DNA of 64,000 nucleotides, from positions 1,984,001 through 2,048,000 of the forward strand of contig JANHCV010000005.1 of the NCBI GenBank assembly GCA_025594325.1, in the 5' to 3' direction. Shown piece by piece: positions 48,288 to 60,750 of this stretch. Source of the DNA: Blastocladiella emersonii ATCC 22665 (taxonomy: Eukaryota; Fungi; Blastocladiomycota). Numbering within the stretch: position 1 is the stretch's first letter; each line of letters begins with the position of its first letter. A program made the position numbers and the translations under genes. Under the pieces are notes generated by a model, which worked only from the letters and a program-made list of their open reading frames with translations, searched no databases and was not told the origin of the DNA.

Positions 48288-48962
48288 CGGCGGCGTCACC
48301 GTTACGCGCGGTAGTCGGCGCGGCGCGACTGCCGAGGCGTACGACTCGTGCCGCGGTTGCCAGTTGTGCTCGTTGTTAGCATAACTCTCTACCATCATTC
48401 AGCATGAACGTTCCCACATACACTCAATCTTAGCGCACTAGTTCTTGCCATTCGTCCCGCTGACGTGAACAATCGTCTTGACTGCCCTACGCTGATGCTG
48501 TGATGGGTAGACTGGCCGCATGTCGATAGAGCGAAGAGGGACGACGTTTCTGTTGTGTTGGGTTTTACAGAGTCGGTCACTGCTCGCCTCGGCCGGGGTT
48601 GACGATTCGCTGGTGGGAGCTGGGCGCGAAGGGTACATTGCCCTGGTTGGACTGCTACGTTTGACGGGTAGGAGTGGAGTCGTCAGACCGCAGCTTCTCG
48701 GTTCATGGCCGTGCGTGTGTCCAGGCCCCCGTTCGAGTCCCTTGCTTTCAAGCAAGGGCTTTGACATTGCTTCCATCATCATCAATGCGTGTGTGGTCTC
48801 TCCGCGCACGGACCATCAACCTGAAGACTCAATTTGGCCTCCCTCCTCCCTGTTGAGCTAACTACACTAACCTTTTATCATCAGAAACTCGGATTTGTTA
48901 TCCCCTTTTCGGTGTGATATTCTCGGTTTCGCGGGCGAACGAGGCCACCGCGGGAGACGATT

Positions 48963-49028
48963 GGTGGAGACGCGTCGCGAAAACGCGTGATCTGATCACG
49001 CGCCGTGTGCGAGACGCGTCGCGCCACA
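48963..49028. promoter_or_regulatory. 66-bp ACGCG-rich palindromic element, copy 2
   Basis: Differs from copy 1 only at the central base of the palindrome (C/T). Confidence 0.6.
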
Positions 49029-49330
49029 GTTCAATCAACTCGCCTGAATGCGGATGCCGCACGCGCTCAAAACGTTTCAGTGCCGTATGTATCAACCAGG
49101 TAGTGTATATACTGACTTGCGAGCCCATGGCTAAGCCCGGACTTGAGGTTTTCCCGGCCACAGAGTGCGTGGTTCAAGTGAACCCTCGCCAAAGCCCTCC
49201 TGTTGTCCAATTCGGCCTCGTTGACGCATTCAAGGACCGTGCTGGTGATCACCGTCGGGGGTAAGCCGGCCCGCGGTCATATAAAGAGGTGCGTGCGATG
49301 GTTCATGTATTGCCGTCAACGTGGCGACGA

Positions 49331-51720
49331 CTAAAGTCTGCGCAGGAGCGAGAGCACCTCGTCCATGTCGTGCTATACGGAGCGTCGCAAGTCAGTCCCG
49401 AACGCAATTTCATCGCACGCCCCCGCGTCCGTACCTGGAGAATGTGTAGCGAGTACAGCGACGCGACAACGAGCTCGCGCAGCCCGTCGCCCGTCATGTC
49501 CGCGTGGTACATCGCGTGGACCGGGTACGCCATCTTCTTGACGGACACGAGCTGGTATTGGTTGCTAATTGAGTCTACAGTGATCGGTTGGACAACGTCA
49601 GGTCTCTTTGCAAAGCCAGAGGGCAGAACCGTACCAAAGTCGTACATGAGCACGCGCTGGCCGTATGTTCCGAGCAAGAGCTGGTCGCGCTTGCCGTCCG
49701 TCCACCGCAAGCGTGCCACACACGCACATAGTACCGAGTCGAACTGGTCGCTGAGCAGCAGCGTGTGCGGCTCGACGGCGTCCCACCCGGATCCGTCGGC
49801 GCAAATGCCGCGGAAGACGAGAGCAGGCTCGGACGCGGCAACGATCAGCAGGTTGAGCTGCTCCCGAGTGTCCTCCTGCTCGGTGCCGCCCGGTTTGGTG
49901 ACAAGGAACTCGATGGCGGTGATGGGCGTGTAGAAGAGCGGGTACTGGAATGTCCGTTGCCGCGAGCGATCTACTTGGCGGCCAGAGTCAATAACTCGAG
50001 GGACGAGGTCCGGTGCCGAGATTCGGCCGTACCAAACGTGTGCGTAACGGAGTCGCGGTGGTCGACCACGACCTGCAGCTCGCCCGAGCCGTAGCCCAGC
50101 GCCAGGTACCGCGCGTCACGGTGCTCAAACGTCGTGAGGTGCGTCAGCCTATTTTCGTTCGACAAAGTCAGCATGCGCTGAACATGTTCGCTCAAGGGTT
50201 GAGAACGTACGCCGATTGCTGAGGCACGAGGTCGGGGAAATGCGCCGCCGTCTCGACGGCCTGGAACTTGCGCGTTGACGGCACCTCGGCGTACAGGTGC
50301 AGCTCGCCGGCCGTGTCCGTGACGCAGATTGCCATGGGCTCGCGGCCCTCGTGGTGGATCCTAACTCGGATCGAGTGTGAGCACCGAGGACGTATGAGGC
50401 GCCACACGAGAAGTCAACCGTACTCAATGTGTCCGACTTGCAGCGGCTCGTAGTCAAGCGGGATGATCTGGCAGTCACCGGCGAGGGCAAACAGTTTGCG
50501 CTCGAGGGTCGGCGCGTTGCTCGAGGCGCCGTAGATGTGAAGCGCATGTCGCGAGTTGCTGCTCTCATCGGGACCATCGGGACTCGCGCGGTTCTACAAA
50601 AAGTCAGAACACAGGAATCGGCGGTTCAAGCTACGCCAGAGCGTACCGTGATAACCGTGACAGCGACAATCACATTGGACACGCCCGTCCGAGACGGACC
50701 GCGCGCCGGCCTGACCTTGCCGGCGACCACGTCAGCAAAGTTGAACATGGAGTGGCGCTCAAACGCGTGCATCGCAAGCGCCGCTGCAGACTCGGTCTCG
50801 GCCAGCTGGCCAAGCGGGACCTCGACCGTGTTCCAGTACCCGCTGGCCGCCACGATACCAAGCAGGTGGTTGTTGGAGCTGACCGAGAGGACGTGCAGGC
50901 GCTCCTCGCCGCTCGGCCCAGTTCCCGAGTCAGTCGCAGTCGAGGAAGTGCGCGAGACGGACGGTTTGCCGCGAGTCGACGCGGATCGAGCGGGTACGTC
51001 CTGGGCAGCTGCATCCACAGCGCGAGCAGACTCGCGGGAAGCACCTGGTGCGGAAGCTGGACGCCGCTGTTGATCCGCCGCCGCGCCACCCGTAGCGACA
51101 TCTTCAGGTGCGAGGGTCACGGCCGCATCAGCGACGGGTGCAGCAGTCGCCTGCCACACAACGGTCGGGACACCTGTCGATGGTGCGGTGGCGGGGATCG
51201 GCGCCATGCTCGGAGTCGCTGTAGGCAGAAGGCTGCTAGTGGTAGAAGCTGTACCGCCCGCACCGAAAGCAGCTCCCGCGCTGGGCTCTTCGACAAGCGG
51301 GAGTGTGACGGCGACTGGCCGCGCTGCGAGCGACGCGCCGCTGCTCGCCGAGGATGGCGGCCCACCCGCAGCACCAGCAGCGGCGGCGGCGGCGGCTTCA
51401 CGGGCAGCGTCGAACGGCACGACGGGCGAGACGTGGCACGAAATGGGCTGAAAAGATGGCGAGACAGCGGCGAGCGCCGCCGCGTCGGGCCCGCTCCCGC
51501 TCCCCACGCCCGACGTGTAGACGAAGGCCGGGTGCATGGGGGTGGCGGGCAGCACGGCGGGCGCGGCCGTGCGCAGGCCCGACGAGCCAAAGACGGTGGT
51601 CCGCGCGAAGCCGCCAAACCGCGCGACGTGGATCTCGTGCATCGGGAACGGGACCAGCCGCGGGAGGGCCGAGGCTGGCGGCGCATGGTCGCTGCCCGGG
51701 ACATGTTCATTCGCTTCCAT
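49331..51720 (-). CDS. KPTN: Kaptin-like beta-propeller (KICSTOR subunit)
   Basis: SDQFDSVLCAC...LLLGTYGQRVLMY and HADMTGDGLRELVVASLYSLHILQ match the KPTN C-terminal motifs as recalled (SDQFDSVLC, ATYGQELL, DLTGDGLQELAVVS); multi-exon. Confidence 0.8.
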
Positions 51721-51937
51721 TGTGACTCTATTGCATGGACTCGCGGTGCATTCGGGGTCGGCGCGATCTCGGCCTGCAGGGCGTCGGGTCGGCTGCGGTC
51801 TCACAACGACATGATCGCCACGTCGTCGGCGCGCGCGCTCGGGCGACGCCGAGGCCAAGACATGATGTAGTCAGTGTATATCTAAAGTATATGGTTGGTC
51901 GGTTTCACACGGAGAAGCCGAGCGGGACGGGAAGCGC

Positions 51938-54900
51938 CTAGCCGTGCTTGCGCGACGACGACGACCGGCGGGCCTCGCCCGAGTGGTGCTTGAGCGGCGA
52001 CCGGCCCGCGGCGCTGCCGACGTTGCTGCCGCCCACGGCCGACGTCAGCTCGGTGAGGATCGCGTCCGTCTTGAGCTTGAGCTGCGACACGGCCTCGCTG
52101 AGGTTGTCGGCGGCAGGCTCGCCCGCGACCCCCGAGTCCGACTTTTGCTGCCTCTTGCCGTGCTGGCCAGCCGCCGGCGAGCCATATGCGGCAGCGGCCG
52201 CAGCGGCTGCCTCGCGGAGCTTGCGCTCGTGGCGGCGGTGGTGGTGCTCGCGCTCGCGGGCACGGTCGTGGGCGCGCGACCGGCCAGCGAGCCCGTCGGC
52301 GGACGACGTCGACGACGACGAGTGCTTGGCGGCGGCAGCCGTACTCGACGTCTTGGCCTGCTGCTCCTTCCACAGCTTCTTGCGCAGCTTGGCGATGGCG
52401 ACCTGCTCGGACGCCCACAGCTCGAGGTGCGACGCCCGCGCCCCGCGCGCCTCGTTGGCCGCAATCGCGCGCGCCAGCTCGTCCTGCACAATGACCGGGT
52501 ACCCCGCCCGCGCGGGCCCGTCGCCATCATCCCGCGAATCCGAGTCGCTGGCGGTGGCGCTCCGACTCGACAGCGAGCCATCATCCTCATCGTCGGTGCA
52601 CGACCCACAGGACGCGGGGACGGGTCGGGGGCGGGACCGAGCGGCGGGGACGGGCGACGACGGCTGAGCGTTGCGTGGGGCGCGGCGGCTGCTCTGCGGA
52701 GGCGCCTGCTGCTGCCGTTGCTGTTGCTCGTGCGACACGGCCGTACGCACCACGTTGAACGTGTCCTGCGACCGCGGCGCCGCCACCTTGCTTGGCGATG
52801 AGGCGGGAGGACTAGTCGGGGACGTAGCGCGGGGGATGTTGCCACCCGCACGCGCCGCCTTGGCGGCCTCGCGCAGACGGTCCGCGTTCGAGCGGCGGGC
52901 GAGGCGGCGCTGGAGGTCGACGAGGCGGGCCTGCCGCTGCGGGTCTAGGACCGGGATCCCCGCCGCCGCCCCAGACCCGTCACCATTACCGCGACCGCCG
53001 CCGGCAGCTGCGCGCTCGGACTGCGGGGGCGCCGACGGGGCCACGGCAAACGGCAGCGACGCGCACTCGGCGGCGAGCGACTCGACCTGGTCGCTCGTGT
53101 CGAGCGCGACGGGGAGCGTCCCCTCGACCAGCGTCCGCAGCTCGCTCAGCGTGCGCAGGCCCGCCGCGAGCCCGTTGAGGGATGCCGCCGCTTCCTCGGA
53201 TGCGCTGAGTCCCGCCGCAGACTGCTGCGACTCGGCCGCCACGCGATTGGCAACGCGCAGGGCATCGAGCGCGGCCGATCGGACGGAGGCCCACGTCGCG
53301 GCGAGGTCCTTGGTCTCCTGCTGCACGGTCGCCACGCCGGCCACACCCATGTCAGCCGACAGGTTGCCGATGTGGGCCAAGAACTCAGCGACGCCGGTGC
53401 GCGCGCGGTGAGTGTCCTCGATCGTGTCCGAGATGGCCTGGCTGGCCGAGCGGAGGACGCCGCGGCCGCGCGCAATCGCGTCGCCGAGCCGCTGGATGCG
53501 GTCGCCCGACCACTCGTGGACGCACAGGCCGGCCGTGGCCTGCAGCTGCGCCTGCGCCCGGGCGAGCGCCGACGCCGACCGCTGGATCTCGGTGGTAAGC
53601 GGGGCGAGGCGCGAGCGCATGGACCCGACGGCGGCGAACGCGCTGGGCGAGCGCGCAAACTGCGTCACGTCGATGCGGTCGAGCGTGGCGTGAATCTGCG
53701 CCGCGAGGTTGCGGCTCGACTGCACCGCGTCGGCGAGCGCCTGCACGAGCTGCCCCGCGGGCAGGATCGTCTCCTCGGCCGCAATCGACTCGAGCGTGTG
53801 CGCGAGGGCGAGGAGCGCCGTCTCGTCGGTCCACGCACCACCCCCCGCCGTCGTCGTGGGATTCGAGCCCGGGTTATTCGGGTCCGAGCCGGTGCCGCCA
53901 TCGGGGCCGACTGGGCGGACGGGCGCCCGCAGGTGGGCCAGCGCGTCGTCGAGCTCGCCCATGACGCTGGCGCCCTCGGCCTGCGCGCACGACAGCTCGG
54001 TCAGCGACCGCACCGCGCGGCGCCACTGCGACCGGACGGCCTCGTCGAGCGAGAAGGCCGCGTGTGCGAGCAATAGGTTCGGGACCGTACCCGTAGTACC
54101 GTTACCCGACACGGCCTCGAGCGCAAAGGGCGTACACGACACGCACGAGTGGGTGAGGCGGCGCAGCGGTGCGAGGTGCCGCGGGTCGACGACGCCGACC
54201 TGGTACTTTTGCGTGTTCTCGACCTCGGCAATGTGCAGCGCGCCCGAGATCTGCGCCGAGTAGTAGTCGAGCAGCTGCGCGCACATGCCGCCCGCGTCCT
54301 GGCCCTCCTTGCTGGCGCGCTCGGCGAGGGTCTTGGCGATGATGAGGCGCGCGATGCGCTCGCCGAGCGCCACGTCCGGGCCCAGCGTCGCTGGCGCGTG
54401 GAAGTGTGCGAGCGCCGTGTACAGCAACGCCTTGCCCTGGAGCGCGGCCATCCAGCCGGCGGGGAAGCGGCCGTTCTGGGCGGACGACGACGATGACGAC
54501 GAGGTGAGCGGCGCAAGGGCCCGGTGGATGGCCGCCGAGATGGCGCGACCGCCACCCGCCACCCCGCCGCCATGGTGGCCCGAGCCGCCGTGGTCCGAGA
54601 AGGCCGAAAATGACGCGCCGGAGGAGTACGACGACGACGACGAGGACGACGACTTGGACGCGCGCAGGGCGAGCTCGTAGTGGTCGGCGGTCTGCGCGGC
54701 AATCTGCGAGGTGAGCGTGCTCGAGGCCGCGTCGAGGTTGGCCTTTTCGACAAAGCACTCGTGCGCCTGGGCGAGCATGGTCTCGCTGAGGGCGTGCAGC
54801 GTCTGCTGGCTGAGGTCGGCCGCCTTGCCGAGCTTGAGGCGGAACCGCGGCGCGAGCACGTCGCGGACGTAGGCAAAGACGCCGGCGGCACGCTGAAAGT

Positions 54901-55960
54901 GGCCCGCGGCGACCTTGATGCCGTCGGGCGTCCAGATGGGCTGGTTGGCGGCGAGCTGCGAGTAGAGCGCGCCGAGGTTGAAGAGGACCGCCGCCTTTTC
55001 GACCTGGATGCACCGCGCGGTGACGGCTACAAGTTCGCATGGTGTGAGCGGCTAGCCGGGCGGGTCGTGGGCAAGATGCTGGATGGACGGCATACCCTTC
55101 TTGTGCGGCGCAAAGGCGTCGAACCAGGTGAATGCGACGTCGACCTCGTCCGTGGCGAACGGGAAGCGCTCCTCCATCCACAGCAGCAGCGCGTAGTACT
55201 CTTGGAGCCGGGCGAGGCCGCCGTCGGACCGCTCGGGCGCGCCGGCGTGGATGCGCAGCTGGTTCATGGCGTACCAGTGCGAGTCGAGCGGGAGCGCGCC
55301 AGGCCAGAAACCCGCCGCGGCGTGCGACAGCCCGGTCGCGTAGTTGTCCGAGGCAGTGGTAGCGCCCGGAGCCGACGACGGCGACGAGGAGGCCTCGCCG
55401 AGAATCTTGGGCAGGAGGGCATCGCGCAAGTTGAGAAAGTGCTGCTGCTGTTGCTGCTGAGGCGCGGGAGATGACGGCGGCGAACGGTTGACGGTTGCCG
55501 CGATGGCGTTCGGGTCCGAGGCGACAACACCGCCCGCCGGGCCCGCAAACACGCTCTGCGCGTCGACGGCCGAGCTCGTGCCCGCCGCACTCGCGGGTGG
55601 CCAGGCCGCTGGGTGGTGCGGTGGAGGAGGGCTCACGACAGCGGCAGCGACCGACGACACGGCACCCGCGACGCCCTTGCCGAGGCCGAGCAGCTTGTTG
55701 ACGGGGAGCGCGGCGAGCGACCGGCGGGCGGCAGCCGAGGTGGTCGGGACGAGCGGCTCAAAGTTGCGCTTGGCGGGGACGACGAGGAACGACGAGGTCG
55801 CTGCCCCGCCCGCGGCAGAAGCTCCACCACCACCACGGCGGTGCGGGCTGCTGCGCGATCCGTCGCTGCCGAGGAGCCCCGCGGCCGATCCGGCGTCCCG
55901 GTTGAGCGCCGTCTGCGTGAACGTCTGCCAAAAGTTGCTCACGTCCGCCGACGTCGTCAT
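51938..55960 (-). CDS. BRO1-domain protein (ALIX/Bro1/PalA family)
   Basis: LQEYYALL, FTWFDAF, EKAAVLFNLGALYSQLA, AAGHFQRAAGVF, MLAQAHECF; intron at ~55028-55077; helical middle and low-complexity tail. Confidence 0.9.
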
Positions 55961-56239
55961 GGTCGGTCGGTCGTTTTGCGGTGTAGGCGGATCCGGCGTA
56001 TGTCGCTCGACTCGATGCGTAGAGATAGATGGATGGATGCGTCTAGCGTTTCTTGGGAGGAGGAGTGCAAGATCAGAGCGTATCTTGAGAGGGGGAGAGA
56101 GAAACGCGTCGGCGCGTGCTCACGTGCGCCTGAGGCACGCGTTTCGCCTCGCCTCCCCTTGAGCCTCCCCTTCCCGCATCGCCCCCGGTGCACCACCAAG
56201 CCAGTCCAAAAATGAATGAATGTATACCCCAGCCAGCAT

Positions 56240-57907
56240 TCACGCATCATAGTCGCGCGCCTCGAACCGGTCCAGCGAGTACTCGGTCGCCGTGACGCGG
56301 TTCCCGCCAAAGAAGCGGCCGTGCATGACGCCCTGGCACGCCTCGCGCTCGGCCACGCTCGCAAACTTGACGAACACGCGCACGCCCGTCTCGTTGGGCA
56401 GCGCCGTGTTGACGTGCACGACCAGCAGCTGCACCGCCCCGTGCCGCGCGCACTCCTCCTCGACGTCCACCTTGAGGTCCTCGTCCACCTCGTGCGGCTG
56501 CACCATGTTGCACAGCAGCAGCACGGGCGACGGCGCCTCGGCCTCGAACTTGGGCAGCGCCGGGCGCGGGCCCGGGTACAGCGGCGGCGGGACCACGCGC
56601 GGCCGCGGGAACCGCGACAGGCCCTGCATGCCCTCGGGGAACGGGCCGCCGACCAGCGTCGGGGTCACGAGCAGCCGCTCGCCGCCAATCTCGACCTGGT
56701 CGAGGGTCTGCACCGCGCGGTTGGCCGCGAGGGCCGTCTCGTACTCGACATAGCCGTACGACTTGTGGCGGAACGTGGTCGTGTCGGGCTGTTTGGGGTA
56801 TGGGGTGAGCGGGGATGAACTCGGGTGGTCAGTGTCAGTCCAAGCGGGATCGCGGGAATCGCAGAGCACACGTACGCAGAGCGAGAACTGGGTAATGGTC
56901 CCGAACGGGGCAAACAGCTCGCGCATCTCGTCCTCGGCCAGCAGGTCGTGCACGTTGGCAAAGTAGACGCGGGTCGGGAACCGCGGCGGAAAGTGGCGCC
57001 AAATGTCGTCCGTGTACGCGTTGGTGTACTTGACCTTGATGTTGCGGCCGTCGAGCTCGGCGCCGTCGAGCAGGCGCACCGCGGCGGCGGCGGCCTCGGG
57101 CGCGTCGTACTCGAGAAAGCACCAGCCCTTGTGCGTGTTGAGGTCCGGGTCGCGCGTCATGGACAGCTCCTTGATGAAGCCGACCTTGGAGAAGAGGCCG
57201 CGGATGGTCGCCTCGGTGGCGGCGGTCGAGATGTTGCCCGTGTAGATACGGTTGATGGTGCGGTTGATGACGGGCGTCACCAGGGCGGCGGGCTTGCGCT
57301 CGATGCGGATTGGCGCGGTGGTGGCGGCGGAGGAGCGGTACCGAGACCGAGTGCGGCTGCGGCTGCGGCTCCGACTCTGGCTGGGACTGCGACTGGGGCT
57401 CCGGCGGCGGCTGCGGCCCGCGGGACTGCGCGAGCGCCGGTACGCGCTGCTGCGGGACCGGCCGCCGCGGGAGCGGGAGCGGGAGCGGGACCGCGATCGA
57501 GAGTGCGACCGACGGCGCGCGTTCCGCGACCGGGACCGCGACCGCGAGGGGGACCGGGACGGGGAGCGCGGCGATCGCGACCGCGCGCGCCGGCTGCGGC
57601 GGGACCGGCTCGGCGAGCGGCTGCCTGCGCTCGGGCTGCGGGCCCGGCTGCCGCCGTCTCGCCGCCGCGACTTCTCGCGCCCGCGGCTGGGTTCCCGCCG
57701 GTCGCGCGAGTCGGCGCGGCGGTCGGACGGCTCGCCGTTGGCGCCACCCTGCGAGTCGTCCGGCGGGTGGTGGTCGTCGGGCCGCGCCGCGCCCTGCGCC
57801 TCGAAGAGCGTGGTGACGAGGGCGGCGTAGTCGCGGGCGGCCTTGAGGCGGTTGGCCTGGTCGTCGGTGAGGAAGGGGGCCGCAGCAGCCGTTGCAGCGA
57901 GTTCCAT
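56240..57907 (-). CDS. PUF60: PUF60/half-pint-like splicing factor (RS region, 2 RRM, UHM)
   Basis: RRM1 HKGWCFLEY...GRNIKV; RRM2 RVYFANVH...HKSYGYVEY; UHM LLLCNMVQPHEVDEDL...EEEC...GRFFGG; in-frame intron 56789-56875. Confidence 0.88.
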   Translation of the reverse strand: MELAATAAAAPFLTDDQANRLKAARDYAALVTTLFEAQGAARPDDHHPPDDSQGGANGEPSDRRADSRDRREPSRGREKSRRRDGGSRARSPSAGSRSPSRSRRSRRARSRSPRSPSRSPSRSRSRSRNARRRSHSRSRSRSRSRSRGGRSRSSAYRRSRSPAGRSRRRSPSRSPSQSRSRSRSRTRSRYRSSAATTAPIRIERKPAALVTPVINRTINRIYTGNISTAATEATIRGLFSKVGFIKELSMTRDPDLNTHKGWCFLEYDAPEAAAAAVRLLDGAELDGRNIKVKYTNAYTDDIWRHFPPRFPTRVYFANVHDLLAEDEMRELFAPFGTITQFSLCVRVLCDSRDPAWTDTDHPSSSPLTPYPKQPDTTTFRHKSYGYVEYETALAANRAVQTLDQVEIGGERLLVTPTLVGGPFPEGMQGLSRFPRPRVVPPPLYPGPRPALPKFEAEAPSPVLLLCNMVQPHEVDEDLKVDVEEECARHGAVQLLVVHVNTALPNETGVRVFVKFASVAEREACQGVMHGRFFGGNRVTATEYSLDRFEARDYDA

Positions 57908-58278
57908 GGGGTTATTGAGTGTTCAAGAATGATGAGGGAAAGATCAAACGAAGCGAGCAAAGACGACATCGAAATCGAATCGCAACGGACTCGACAGCTT
58001 CGTCACGCGACCACGCGGAAGGTGAAACGAGACGCGTCGGCGGTCGCGCTTTTGTTTTCGCGCGATCGCGTCGCGGCGGGAGATGTCCGGTCGTGATACG
58101 CCGGAATATCACCAGTGTCCCCCGCCCGCCCTGTCCCAAAATGACATGATGAAACAGCCCGATGGGGGGCAATGCTGCCTTGCCCGCCTGCCCCCGCTGG
58201 CTCTTGATGAAGCAAGCGACCCCTCTCCCTCACCTCACCTTACCTCACCCTTGACCCGGTCAAGTACCAGCCACCGAA

Positions 58279-60750
58279 ATGCCTCGAATGAATGAACGAC
58301 CCACCTCGGCGATACCGCCGGTGCCCGCTGCCTCGGGTAGCCCGGCCACCGCAGCGGCTGCCGGCCACTACTCGGAGGTCCCCGCTGGAGCGCACCCGCT
58401 CGCGGCCGCGGCGAGCCCCACGCCGTCACACTCACGCAGCAGCAGCACCGCCGCCTCGCCGCCACTTCCACCGAGCAAGCCGGCGCTCCTCGCCAGCGAG
58501 GACAAGTGGATCGACTGCTTCATCCGGTCCGAGACGTCGCTCGACGAGTACACGTTCGTCAAGACGCTCGGCCAGGGCACCTTCGGCAAGGTCAAGCTCG
58601 CCAAGCACGTGCCCTCGGTGCAGCACGTCGCTATCAAGATCATCGACAAGGCCACCATCAAGACCGACAAGCAGAAGCTGAGCGTGCGCCGCGAGGTGCG
58701 CCTGCTGTTCCTGCTGCGCCACCCGCACGTCGTGCGCGTGCTCGACGTGATTGAGACCGCCGACCAGATCTACATTGTCATGGAGAACCTGCCGCGCGGC
58801 GAGCTGTTCGACCACATTGTCAAGAACCACCACCTGAGCGAGCCCGAGGCCCGCCACTTTATGCGCCAGATCGTGTCCGCGCTCGAGTACTGCCACTCGG
58901 TACGGCCGTTCTCCTGTCGCTGGGTCGTGCTGGCTGCCCACCGTGCGCTGACCCACGAAACCCGATGCGGGATGTGTAGCACTCGGTCATCCACCGCGAC
59001 CTCAAGCCCGAGAACCTGCTGCTCGACTCGGACAACAACGTCAAGCTCATCGACTTTGGCTTTGTCAACACGTTTGACGGCGCGTCCCTGCTCGACACGT
59101 TCTGCGGCTCGGTGCGTTTCCACTTTAGCCAAGGTCGAGATGTATTGATTGACACTGACGACCGGTCCCCGCTCAATCGTAGCCGTTTTATGCCAGCCCG
59201 CAGATGATCCGCGGCATCAAGTACTCGGACCCGTCGTCCGACATTTGGAGCCTGGGCGTCATCCTGTTCGCCATGCTCAGCGGCAGACTGCCGTTCGACG
59301 CCGAGGACATGCGCAAGCTGTACGACCGCATCGCCTCGGGCGTGTTCCGCTGCCCGTCGCACTTTTCGATTGGTACGCTTGCTTGCTTGGCTCTCGGTGC
59401 TCGATCCCCACCGACCCGGCTGACTGACTGATCACCCACGTCCATTCTTGATCTGTAGACGCGGTCGACCTCATCCGCAAGATGCTCGTCGTCGACCCCA
59501 AGAAGCGGTACACGATCGACCAGGTCAAGGCGCACCCGTGGCTCGACTGGGACTCGGCCAGCCCGTCGCTCACGCGCGGCGAACACTACGACTCGCTCCG
59601 CCAGCCTCTCGTGCCGGTGCGGCCCGAGCTCGTCGAGGTCATTCAGTCGTTTGGCTTTGACGCGGACGTGATCCACGACGCGCTCCTCGACGCCAGCGGC
59701 GACGATGGTGACCGCGCGACGGAGCCCAAGGACCAGCAGCAGCAGCAGTCCCACCCGGTCGTCGGCTACTACCGGCTGCTGTCGATGCGGTCGCACCCGC
59801 CCCTGTCCGCGTCGTCCTCGAAGCGGTCCGACTCGCAGTACGCGAGCAGCGGCACCCTCCTCATGGACCCATCGCCGCCGTCGCCGTCAGCAGCAGCTGC
59901 GCCCGCCGGATCCAGCTCGGCTGTAGTCGCTCCCGCCTCGAGCAGTACATCCTCGGTGGGCTCGGCGTGGGCCAGTCCCTCGCACGCTCACGGGCACGCG
60001 TCCGCCAGCGGGTGTTCCGTGCCGGTCGCGGTCCAGCACCACCGCGTCCGGAGCAGCGACGACGCCTACTTTATCGCCGCGTACCAGCAGCAGCAGGAGG
60101 ACTGCCACGGGCAGCAGCAGCCCCACCACTACTACAACAACAGCAGCAGCGGGGGTGGCGTGTCGTTCCCGGCGTCGGGCTCCGGTCCCAGCTACGGCGG
60201 CGGGCAGCAGTACCACCAGCGCGGCCACAGCGTCGATCCGGGCCACCTGCAGCTCGACAGCCGCCCGCGCCCGAGCTCGCCCAGTTCCGCCCTGGCCGCC
60301 GCGCAGCTCCCGCTTGCCTCGTCCTCGTCGCCGGCGTCGCCCTACCACCAGCACCAGCACCACCAGCACCAGCACGCGCCATCATCCTCCCCGTGTTCGA
60401 CGCGGCCGTCGCGCGCGTCGCTCGTGTCGCTCAAGACGTGGTCGGTCGCGACGCAGCACCACCTGGTCGACCTGATGCAGGCCGTGGAGCGCACGCTGGC
60501 GGCGCACGGGGTCCAGCGGGTGAAACGGAGCGAGTACGTGTACGCGTGCGTGCGCAACCCGGACATGGCGTGGGAGGTGCACCTGCACGTTATTGCCGCC
60601 GACGGGTCGCTGTGCGCGCAGTTCAAGAAGATGCGCGGGTCCGGGTGCCAGACCGTCGTCAGCTTCCTGCTCGCCGAGATGAAGGCGTACCTCGACAGCC
60701 TCGACCGCCCGCTCGGCGGTTACGGCGAGGGTCACGGCCACCGGTACTAA
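58279..60750 (+). CDS. CAMK-group Ser/Thr kinase (MARK/KIN1/SNF1-like) with UBA-like region and C-terminal KA1-like domain
   Basis: [42 protein letters not shown]; C-terminal WEVHLH...QFKKMRG. Confidence 0.93.
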
